A DNA stretch of 64,000 nucleotides from a virus, in IMG/VR virus record IMGVR_UViG_3300017646_000001, positions 32,001-96,000 of that record. One strand, given 5' to 3'. Numbering within the stretch: the stretch's first letter is position 1; each line of letters begins with the position of its first letter. Positions 37,368 to 45,870 of the stretch are shown piece by piece. Below the pieces are notes generated by a model. It did not search any database. It had not been told where the DNA came from and worked only from the letters and a program-made list of their open reading frames with translations. The position numbers were made by a program, and so were the translations under genes.

Positions 37368-40300
37368 ATGACTCCTGCGCTGTTGGAACGTGTCAAGCGA
37401 TATCATCACTTAACGCGCGTGCAAAAGATCGCACAGCAAGAAAGCGAATCTATTACGGCTTACCATGGTACGACCCAAGGAAAATTCGACGCGTTTAAGC
37501 CGAATTATCGTAAAGGAGAACAGCTGGGGTTTGGCATCCACTTTGCGGCAGAAGAAGATCTAGCTCGTTTGTACGCTTTTGATGATGCGGTGTCCCGGAA
37601 GGGGAAAGAGCCAACCCTCTATACCGTTCGACTGCATGTTAACCGTATGCTGGACTTGGATCGAATTGTATCTGAGGGCGACCCCGATTACGATTTGGCG
37701 AAGAAAATTGCGGGTCGAGCGTTTTATCCCGTCAAAAACGAGCACGGCGTGCCGTCCGTTTACCTGCAAAATGCAGTGGATGCTAGTCCCAACGGTAAGC
37801 GAACTGAGCAGCTCATTCGCGCGGCTGGGTACGATGGAGTAAGGTATAAGGCTAAGATCGTATCTCCTAACGCGTATAGCTTTCAAACGCGCGCCGAAGG
37901 CATTTCGTACATCGTGTTTGATCCTGATCAAGTAGAGATCGTCAGCATGGTGCATGAGGCTGAAGAGTTGGACGAGTTCATGAGCGGCGGCGGTGAGTAC
38001 GAGGTCACGCGGCAAAACGCGGGGAGCTTTCAGGCCAAGTTTCCAGCAGCGGACGGCGAAGTAGTGTTTAGCGCCGAGTGCAATGACTCGGACGAGTGGC
38101 TGGTGGAGTTTCACCACCGGAGTGAGCGCAGTGCGAGTCGAGGCGAGGTGAGTTACGGCGACCTCAACACTGCCGACCGCTACTCGATTCTGTCCACGGT
38201 AGCAGCCATCATGCACCAGTTCCTTACCTACTACCAGCCCGAGCGCGTTGAGTTCTACGCCGATAAGGGAGCAAAAGGTCGTGGGCGCGCCTCGACGTAC
38301 CGCCGCATGATGGATCGCGCCCTGGCCAGTACCGGTTACCGGTACGACGTCGAGCATGGCGGTAATTCGGAAGAATTTCTTTACATCCTCACACCTGCTG
38401 CCGTCCGCACCGAGTCCGTCACCGCTGTGCGCATAGATGACTTGGATGATTGGACCGAGACTATGCAGCAGGAAGGCTACGCGCTCGACTCCACCACCAA
38501 CCCCGGCACTCTGTTGGCGTTTTCCATGGTTGGCAGCCGCCGACTCTTCCATGGTTATTGGGTTTCTGAAGCCAACGTAGGCTATTACGACCCTCAAACC
38601 CCGTTCCGCGAGTACGATCAAATGCTGAAGCATCTCAAAGAAAACGCCGTCACGTCCTACTTCAAGGCCGACTACTACCAGGTCCAGCAGGACGGGAACA
38701 AGATCACGGTGTGGCTCAAAGACCCCAGCCGCTACTACGACGCAGTGGAAATCTACAGCGCTATCGACGGCGCGGTGAAGCTGCAGGATGTGGAACAGGA
38801 CGGCCGCGTCGGCATTTCGTTTGAGCTGAACAACGAATCCTATCCTGAAACCCGCCCTGACGCCAACCTGCCTCAAATCCCAGCTGTGGCTCCTACCACG
38901 GCTCAAAAGCAGCCCGTTCAGCCTGGCATCAACGAATCAGTGAAGGGCTACTCCATTCGCAACACCGCCCCCGACGTTTGGCGCGTCTTTAAAGACGGAC
39001 AGACTGCCGCTATCTCGGACGCCTTCAAGACCTCGGCAGAAGCCAGGGCCTGGCTTCGGAACTACGTGGGCGTAAATGAGGTCCGAACTCAACGTCGGAA
39101 GCTGGAAGCCGGTATTGACCAATACTGGTGGGTGGTCAAGAAGGGTACTAAGTCGGTAGTGGAAGGTCCGTTTGATACCAAGGCGCAGGCCGAACAGGAG
39201 GCTGCCAGCCTGCGCAAGGTAGGTGACGCGATCGAGGTGGTCCAGGGAGACTTCCTCGGAAACGGTCAGCTGGCGGACGCTAGCGCAGACCAGGAGTATG
39301 ACGGCTTCGAAGACTGGGCCGACGCGCTGGTCGCCAAGTACGGCCCCGAAGTGGATTACGAGCCCGACGCTGGAGACGATCAAACCACCCGTGCTATGTT
39401 TAATGGTCGCTTGGTAGGCGTGTTTCACGCTGATGCAAACGACGACATGACCGGCTCTGGTACGGTCATGGCGGGTTCCAGCACCGCTGCGCCACTTGAC
39501 GAGGCCAAGTGGGAACCGGCCGCCGGGTATCAGCTGCCGGACGGTATCGGATTCAGTCTGTCCCCTTACGACAACATTCGCTTCTTGACTCGAGACTTCA
39601 AGGTCTGGGAAAAGGAGATGAAGAAGGTGAAAGGTACTACCTTCGACGATCGTGGTGACGGCAAAATCGTAGCCATGGTTGGTCCGCATCCGACGGGACT
39701 GTGGGATGGCGAAGCTGGCGTGAAATTTAGCGCCAACGTAGTCATGGACAAGCCTCAAACCGAATCGAGCTACAAGGTAGCGGTGTACCCGCCTAAGACG
39801 GGACAAAACCAGACTGAACAGTGGATGGCTACCACTTGGCTGGGCTCGGGCAAAGAAGGCCAGAAGGTTGGCCTGGGTAAGAATCGAGATGCTGCCGTGG
39901 CTGATCTCAAGAGCCAACTTGAAGGGCAGGGTTCGAACGCTGTGCTGCCGCGCACGGGTGGCCCTGACGATTTTAACTCGGCTGGCGTCGATTGGTTCCA
40001 AAAGGAAGACGGAGACGACGCTCAAACCTTGGACTATGGTGCGGATGGCGCGAGCAATACGATGGGGGCCATGAGCCGTGCTCGTCGTCAAGCCCCGGGT
40101 CGAACGGTTAAGAAGCGCGTTGACGGCGAATTGCCAGACGGCGTGCGCGAAAACCAGGGCTATGAAGTTCCGAGCGACAACTCGCTGCCGTATACGGGTC
40201 AAATCGGTGGACAGCGTTCGTTGGACGACCCGCTACCCGCTGAAGAGGCTCAAGGCGATCAAACGCGTGAAATCTGCCACTTCCGAGCCTACAACAAGCG

Positions 40301-40784
40301 TGGTCGGTGTGTGGCTACGGCTCGCAACGCCATGAAGCTGCACGACCGCCTCGTCCAAAAGGGAATTAATCCGGACTCGGTACGCATCGCTCGCGTGTCG
40401 GGTGATGTGAACTATGAGGCCGAAGGCGTGGCCGGTCGAGCGGCTGATCAGGTTTCGGGTGGTCGTCCGTATCCTGTGCTGACAGACGACCAGACTTCGA
40501 CCGTTAAAAAGCGTAATCGCGGAGGTAACATGGATAAGGAATTCGTCGACGACCTGTCGGGCCTGTTGGTCAAGCCGGGCCGATTCTACATCATGATGGA
40601 TAGCGGCTCAATTGTGAGCGATAACGATGGCGAAGGCTTCGCTACCGAGCAAGAAGCCGAGCAGTGGTTCGAGGACAACTACGAGGAGCATGGCCTGGGT
40701 GGTGAAGTGGGCCACGGCCTGCAAGACTTGGGCGACGTGGGCGTTTCGATTCTGAGCTACCAAGACTTGAAGGCGTCTCAGTAA
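37368..40784 (+). CDS. Large multidomain (polyvalent-type) putative internal head protein with N-terminal ART-PolyVal ADP-ribosyltransferase domain
   Basis: YHGT..FDAF..G.GIHF..A..YA..YTV.L..GYDGV..YIVFDPDQV, followed by many 50-150-aa modules separated by hydrophobic-X-E motifs. Confidence 0.75.
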   Translation: MTPALLERVKRYHHLTRVQKIAQQESESITAYHGTTQGKFDAFKPNYRKGEQLGFGIHFAAEEDLARLYAFDDAVSRKGKEPTLYTVRLHVNRMLDLDRIVSEGDPDYDLAKKIAGRAFYPVKNEHGVPSVYLQNAVDASPNGKRTEQLIRAAGYDGVRYKAKIVSPNAYSFQTRAEGISYIVFDPDQVEIVSMVHEAEELDEFMSGGGEYEVTRQNAGSFQAKFPAADGEVVFSAECNDSDEWLVEFHHRSERSASRGEVSYGDLNTADRYSILSTVAAIMHQFLTYYQPERVEFYADKGAKGRGRASTYRRMMDRALASTGYRYDVEHGGNSEEFLYILTPAAVRTESVTAVRIDDLDDWTETMQQEGYALDSTTNPGTLLAFSMVGSRRLFHGYWVSEANVGYYDPQTPFREYDQMLKHLKENAVTSYFKADYYQVQQDGNKITVWLKDPSRYYDAVEIYSAIDGAVKLQDVEQDGRVGISFELNNESYPETRPDANLPQIPAVAPTTAQKQPVQPGINESVKGYSIRNTAPDVWRVFKDGQTAAISDAFKTSAEARAWLRNYVGVNEVRTQRRKLEAGIDQYWWVVKKGTKSVVEGPFDTKAQAEQEAASLRKVGDAIEVVQGDFLGNGQLADASADQEYDGFEDWADALVAKYGPEVDYEPDAGDDQTTRAMFNGRLVGVFHADANDDMTGSGTVMAGSSTAAPLDEAKWEPAAGYQLPDGIGFSLSPYDNIRFLTRDFKVWEKEMKKVKGTTFDDRGDGKIVAMVGPHPTGLWDGEAGVKFSANVVMDKPQTESSYKVAVYPPKTGQNQTEQWMATTWLGSGKEGQKVGLGKNRDAAVADLKSQLEGQGSNAVLPRTGGPDDFNSAGVDWFQKEDGDDAQTLDYGADGASNTMGAMSRARRQAPGRTVKKRVDGELPDGVRENQGYEVPSDNSLPYTGQIGGQRSLDDPLPAEEAQGDQTREICHFRAYNKRGRCVATARNAMKLHDRLVQKGINPDSVRIARVSGDVNYEAEGVAGRAADQVSGGRPYPVLTDDQTSTVKKRNRGGNMDKEFVDDLSGLLVKPGRFYIMMDSGSIVSDNDGEGFATEQEAEQWFEDNYEEHGLGGEVGHGLQDLGDVGVSILSYQDLKASQ

Positions 40785-40786
40785 CC

Positions 40787-41902
40787 ATGCGCCGCGCCCG
40801 TCGTGAAAGAATCGACCGCGAACCCAGTCCTGGCCCGTCCAGCGATATGGTGAATCGCAAAAACGCCATCAGTAGCCTCGTTCCGCACTTTACGAATGAA
40901 GACGACGAGGAAGCTCAACCCAATTCCAAGGAAAGAAAGGTGAAAAAGGAATCCGCCCCCACCCCGCTGAAGCAGCCTGGATTCACGGATAACTGGCGCG
41001 TGGGCGAGCGCGTTTGGTGGACGCAAGATGGACGATTCTTTCAGGCCAAAGTAGTGCCGGACGACGAGAACGCGGAAATCGAGGACAACACCAACTTGGT
41101 AGGCCTGGAAGTTCAGCTGTACGACCCGGATTCCGCTACGTTCCGCGTCGTAGACGAGACCACCTTGTGGGCAATTGACGACCCCGATGCCGAATATCTG
41201 AATATGTTGGCTGTGGAGCTGGCAGATGAATTAATCACCCAAAACTCGTTGGGTGGCGTCACCGAATCCTGCGCGGACGATACTGCCCTAGCTTGGGTCT
41301 CATTGTCGGGGCCTGCCCGCCGTTTCAATTCCGAATCCGCTGCCGTGCGACACGCTGAAACCAATACTTCCAGCGTGTCGCCTCTTACCGCCTTATCCGA
41401 CGGTCGGCAACATGTGGTAGTGAATCAAGCCGACGCGCACATTCTGCGCAAAATCGGCTTTAAGTCCGCTACCGCCGCTGTCACTGAAAGCCGTCAGCCT
41501 TTTCACGGCGATTACTTCCACTGGAAGGGCATCGTGACGTCGCTGGGTGCGAAAATCACCACCGACCACAACATCTGCAAGGCTTACATCGGCAATACGT
41601 TAGTCGGCAAGTTTGACTCGTACGACCCCGACCCGAAGAAGGACTGGGTGGACGAAGAAGCTGCCGCCCGCGCTAAGGGCAAGAAAGAGCAGCAAGTGCG
41701 CCAGGGCAAGCTGGGTTCGCACGTTCAGGAGGACGTTGATGACACCTGGGAAGGTGGCTCTGGTTGGTACGTCCTGGACGGACGCGGCAACATCATTTCG
41801 CCTCAGTTCGACTCTCAATCCGACGCCGAAACCTACGCCGATGAACATGAGCCGGGCGGTGTCGTAGCATACGTCGAGTTCGGCGTATCTCAACCTGAAT
41901 AA
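40787..41902 (+). CDS. Modular acidic putative internal head protein
   Basis: SH3-like, W-module and GPF-like modules; VTE-S (twice) and VQE-D motifs. Confidence 0.6.
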   Translation: MRRARRERIDREPSPGPSSDMVNRKNAISSLVPHFTNEDDEEAQPNSKERKVKKESAPTPLKQPGFTDNWRVGERVWWTQDGRFFQAKVVPDDENAEIEDNTNLVGLEVQLYDPDSATFRVVDETTLWAIDDPDAEYLNMLAVELADELITQNSLGGVTESCADDTALAWVSLSGPARRFNSESAAVRHAETNTSSVSPLTALSDGRQHVVVNQADAHILRKIGFKSATAAVTESRQPFHGDYFHWKGIVTSLGAKITTDHNICKAYIGNTLVGKFDSYDPDPKKDWVDEEAAARAKGKKEQQVRQGKLGSHVQEDVDDTWEGGSGWYVLDGRGNIISPQFDSQSDAETYADEHEPGGVVAYVEFGVSQPE

Positions 41903-41919
41903 CCCGGAACTACACTGAC

Positions 41920-43035
41920 ATGAAGACTCGATCCACCTTAGGGCAAGCCCCCCTGGCCGGTCATCGCCAGCTGTTCAAACTCACCGAAGCTAAAGCTGGC
42001 CGTGAGCGCGTGTTGGTCCAATATGGTGACTATGGCAACCAGCTCAAGGCCAGCCGCAAGACTCGCCCCACGTTGGAAGCTGGTTTGTACAAAATCACCG
42101 AGTCCATGGAAGGAATCTTCTACGAGAAGATCGAGCTTAACTCGGATGAGATCATCAAGTTCGAAGACCATCGGTTGGACGAAGTAGAAGCCGAAATCGA
42201 CGGGTTTTGGGGCTTGGCTGAATCCTTCTCCGACATGGGTATTACGCACAAGCGTGGTGTGCTGTTGTTTGGTGCCCCAGGCATGGGCAAGACGTGCTTG
42301 CTTAAGCGGGTATCTGAATCCGCTATTGAAAAGGACATTGTGGTGTTCGTAGGTTCGCGCAACATGGGCGCTACCGTCCAAGGTTTGCGTGAATTCAAGG
42401 AAGTGGAGCCTACCCGCCGTACTCTCGTCATGATGGAAGACATGGACGAGATTTGCGCCTACAACGAACACGCCGTGTTGGAGCTGATGGACGGCGGCGA
42501 CCAGATGAACGGCGTGCTGATTCTCGGCACGACCAACTATCCCGAACGCCTGCCACCCCGCGTGATGCGCGCTGGCCGCTTTGACACCAAGCTCGAAGTT
42601 AAGGCGTTACCTATTGAAGGCCGCATCGCCTACTTCCAGCACAAGTTGTCCAAGGTGGAAAGCGCCGAGCGCATTCAGAAGATTGCCGAGATGACGGACG
42701 GGTTTTCGTTCGCTCAAATGCGTGAGCTGATCGCTTCCGCTTACTGCTATAAGCGCCCGCTGGAAGCCTCCATCGACCGTATTCGCCGTAACTTCAACGA
42801 GTCCGGCGTGCAGTACAGCACCGATCGCAGACTGAATCGGCTTATGGAAAGTAAAGGGCTAGACGCTCCACATTCGTCTGCAGCCTGGAAACAACAAGTA
42901 CGCGAGAGCGGCTCTCAGCATATCACGCGCTCTCGGATTAACCCCCACGTGATCGTAGCCTATGACGGCAATGGACAGCTGCTGGGCCGTTTTAATGAGC
43001 GCTCCGGCGTGGAGCAATTCAGCCTCATTGTGTAG
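41920..43035 (+). CDS. AAA+ ATPase (classical AAA clade)
   Basis: HKRGVLLFGAPGMGKT, MMEDMD, TTNYPERL, RAGRFD, GFSFAQ. Confidence 0.9.
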   Translation: MKTRSTLGQAPLAGHRQLFKLTEAKAGRERVLVQYGDYGNQLKASRKTRPTLEAGLYKITESMEGIFYEKIELNSDEIIKFEDHRLDEVEAEIDGFWGLAESFSDMGITHKRGVLLFGAPGMGKTCLLKRVSESAIEKDIVVFVGSRNMGATVQGLREFKEVEPTRRTLVMMEDMDEICAYNEHAVLELMDGGDQMNGVLILGTTNYPERLPPRVMRAGRFDTKLEVKALPIEGRIAYFQHKLSKVESAERIQKIAEMTDGFSFAQMRELIASAYCYKRPLEASIDRIRRNFNESGVQYSTDRRLNRLMESKGLDAPHSSAAWKQQVRESGSQHITRSRINPHVIVAYDGNGQLLGRFNERSGVEQFSLIV

Positions 43036-43043
43036 GAAACGAC

Positions 43044-43229
43044 ATGCAAATCAAAACCCAGGACTCCGAGATCAAGCGAATCGTCGAGCAATCCGGCCTA
43101 CAAGAGGCCGTGGGCGTTACCGCTCTGCCCGATATCAAGGCCAAGATCGAAGCCAAAATTCAGGACAAGGTGGACGTGCGCATCGACGAGTCGGGCGCAG
43201 CGGTGGTACGACGCGTGTTGCGCGGTTAA
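43044..43229 (+). CDS. Small hypothetical protein (head cluster)
   Basis: 61 aa with an AGGA RBS and an LQE-A motif. Confidence 0.6.
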   Translation: MQIKTQDSEIKRIVEQSGLQEAVGVTALPDIKAKIEAKIQDKVDVRIDESGAAVVRRVLRG

Positions 43230-43236
43230 TCACATC

Positions 43237-43437
43237 ATGTTTAGCTGCTCCTGTTTGGAAGTGGAAGAAGTGGTAGAAGATACCTTGGAGGAGCTAGCAC
43301 ACGAAGGTATACGGGTGGCTATGACGGAAGACATAATCACCCGCATCGTGTGTAACGGCGCGCTGCGCGGGGTCTACATCGATCCGTGCCCGGTCGGATA
43401 CGGGTTCATTCATTTACAAAGCTGTACGCTCCACTAA
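43237..43437 (+). CDS. Small hypothetical protein
   Basis: 66 aa; resembles the recurrent G..L.G.[FY] module. Confidence 0.45.
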   Translation: MFSCSCLEVEEVVEDTLEELAHEGIRVAMTEDIITRIVCNGALRGVYIDPCPVGYGFIHLQSCTLH

Positions 43438-43474
43438 ACTATTCCCGTATCAGTTCACGCGCGGGATCGCACGA

Positions 43475-44305
43475 ATGTATAAATTACGGCTGGACACCGA
43501 CAACAACACCGTTGTTCTCACCACGGACGAGGGTGAAAAGGTGTATCGTCCGATCGAAGAGCCGGCTGTAGACTTGTACAACAAGCTAGCCGCGTTGGCT
43601 AAGACCGACCCTACTGCTGTGGTGTCTGAACTAGAAGCCAACGCAGAACTCGTACTGCCCGATCCCGAAGTCGGGTTCCAGGAACCGGAAGACGAAGTGG
43701 ATGAGGAAGACCCCGATCAGACCGATCCGGATCGTCCCGATCACCAGTCCGCTCCAGAAGATGTAACGGAAGACATCAACCCGGATGCCGTGGGCAACTT
43801 CGAGGACTGGAAGCAGCAGCTCGGTCCGGACGCTGTGATTACCCAAGTAGACGCCAACGGCGTTACCGCTTATACCGCCCGCGATTCTTCCGGCAAGGTA
43901 CTGGGCACGTTCTCAGCCGATCAAAACGGAAACGGTGTAGGGATGAGCGTCCAGGAGGCGAGCGTGGGCCAGCCCGCTGACTTGGCCCGACTGCGCAAGG
44001 GAAGTCGCGTAGTGGTGCCTGCTTCTCAGCAAGACGCTTACGGTGAGCCCGGTCTCGTAATTGCTGTTGACCGCGCTGAGCTGAAAGTGCACGTCCAGTT
44101 CAAGAGCTACGACAGATGGGTCCGAGCGCGCGACGTCTTCTTGCCCGCCGTCAACGAGACGGAGGATGACTACTGGATGCAGTGGGGTGACGCTTTGAAC
44201 TATCCTACTGAAGACACCCCTGAGTCTCAACATCCGCTGCACCGTTTGAACGTCGATGCGGCTGTAGCTGAAGCCCTGTCTTTGATTCCTAAGGAATACC
44301 GATAA
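43475..44305 (+). CDS. Modular acidic putative internal head protein
   Basis: W-module and SH3/KOW-like module, flanked by VTE-D, VQE-A and VNE-T. Confidence 0.6.
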   Translation: MYKLRLDTDNNTVVLTTDEGEKVYRPIEEPAVDLYNKLAALAKTDPTAVVSELEANAELVLPDPEVGFQEPEDEVDEEDPDQTDPDRPDHQSAPEDVTEDINPDAVGNFEDWKQQLGPDAVITQVDANGVTAYTARDSSGKVLGTFSADQNGNGVGMSVQEASVGQPADLARLRKGSRVVVPASQQDAYGEPGLVIAVDRAELKVHVQFKSYDRWVRARDVFLPAVNETEDDYWMQWGDALNYPTEDTPESQHPLHRLNVDAAVAEALSLIPKEYR

Positions 44306-45867
44306 TGAAACTCCATCGTGCCTTGCGCGAAGCCCTCGTGGCGAACGGTATCACCCTCAAGCGCGAGGGCGATGAAATCAAGCTGTACATCGACGGGACG
44401 ATGGTAGCGGCTTACGCTGCTGAACAGACCAACGTCGAAACGATTTACCAAGATTTGCTTGGCATGGGTGTGGATGCTGCGCCTGAAACAATTCAGCGTC
44501 TGTTAACTGGTCAACTGACCGAACGCAAGTTTTTTTACACTGGAGAAACCCGCATGGGACAGCGTACCAACGCTTCGGGCCGCCACCGTGCGGTGAACGA
44601 AGCCCTCGACTTCCAAGCCGCTCTGGACGCCATCAAGCCCGAAGACGTGGCTGAATACGGCTACGAGTCGGGCGACGAGGTCATCGCCGACGCCGAAGGC
44701 ACTCAAGCTCTTAAGAATGCTGCCAAAGACTATGCCGCCGTGATGGACGGCCAAGTGCTGGTGCACGTCGGCTCGGGTATCGGCTACTGGATCGACAAAG
44801 GCAAGGTCTGGGAAGGCGGTGGCGACCTGGGCCAAACCGCTATCCCCATTTCCGACGCCCGCCTGGCTGCTGCCATGGTGATCGGTAATACCGACAGCGG
44901 TTTCTCGCATACCCCGTCGGGTGACGCCCGTCAATATAAGTCGCTGTCCGGCGGCGCAACTCAGGAGAGCAAGACCATGAAAGTACGTGCGCTGCGCGAA
45001 TCTGCCGCCAAGAAGCTGGTGGCTCGTCGCCCCAGCCTGAAGATCTACCGTGAAGACGAGCTGGACGGCCTGCCCAGCGATGAATACTACATCCTAGTCG
45101 TGCCCGACGCGTCTGACGAGGTCGAAGTTTCGTTCCATGACGGCGAGCTGTGCGTCGGTCCGTTCGACACTCCCGAAGACGCGGCACATGCCGTGGGCGA
45201 CATGGATGGCGACGTCAATGTGGTGGACGCTGAAGGCAACCCCGTGTCGGCTGACCTCGAAGACGACGGCCTGGGCGGCGAGCCTGTCGTGCCGATGGAA
45301 GGCAAGCGCTCGCGCCGTACGGCGACTCGCCAAGAAAGCCGTCGTACCTCCTTCGCCAAGCTGGACGTGAAGAGCCTGCACGAGCAAGTGCGACGTGAAA
45401 TCCAGGAAGCGGCCGACGAACTGGACATCGATACCACGATTGGCCACAACAAGGACGGTTCGACCGATGGTGCGTCGGGCAACTACTCGGGCAACGGTGC
45501 GCCGCCCGCTTCGCAGCAGACCGCCCAGGACGCCGGTACCACCAGCCGTCTCGACGTGGATGCCGACCGTTTCCCTGAAAAGAAAGACGCTATCCCGGGT
45601 GCGGAAGTCCTGAACGATCCCGCCAAGGGTGGCATGGACTCGAACGACCAGGACCTGTCGGGCGCGGGTGACGGCAAGGGCGGCGTGCACCTGGAAAGCG
45701 TGGCTTCCAACGGCATCAGCTTCAAGCGCGGCAACATGGCGACGGTGTACGAAAACGGCCGTCGTATCGATTCGGGCCTGATCGAATCGGTGTCGAAGGA
45801 CGGCCTGACGCTGGAAGGCGGCGAGTTTTACCAATTCGCCAAGTTCGAAATCCGCAAGGTGCGCTAA
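44305..45867 (+). CDS. Acidic putative prohead core/internal head protein
   Basis: Many LRE/LTE/VNE/IQE motifs, strong codon bias, C-terminal SH3-like domain. Confidence 0.6.
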   Translation: MKLHRALREALVANGITLKREGDEIKLYIDGTMVAAYAAEQTNVETIYQDLLGMGVDAAPETIQRLLTGQLTERKFFYTGETRMGQRTNASGRHRAVNEALDFQAALDAIKPEDVAEYGYESGDEVIADAEGTQALKNAAKDYAAVMDGQVLVHVGSGIGYWIDKGKVWEGGGDLGQTAIPISDARLAAAMVIGNTDSGFSHTPSGDARQYKSLSGGATQESKTMKVRALRESAAKKLVARRPSLKIYREDELDGLPSDEYYILVVPDASDEVEVSFHDGELCVGPFDTPEDAAHAVGDMDGDVNVVDAEGNPVSADLEDDGLGGEPVVPMEGKRSRRTATRQESRRTSFAKLDVKSLHEQVRREIQEAADELDIDTTIGHNKDGSTDGASGNYSGNGAPPASQQTAQDAGTTSRLDVDADRFPEKKDAIPGAEVLNDPAKGGMDSNDQDLSGAGDGKGGVHLESVASNGISFKRGNMATVYENGRRIDSGLIESVSKDGLTLEGGEFYQFAKFEIRKVR

Positions 45868-45870
45868 GCC

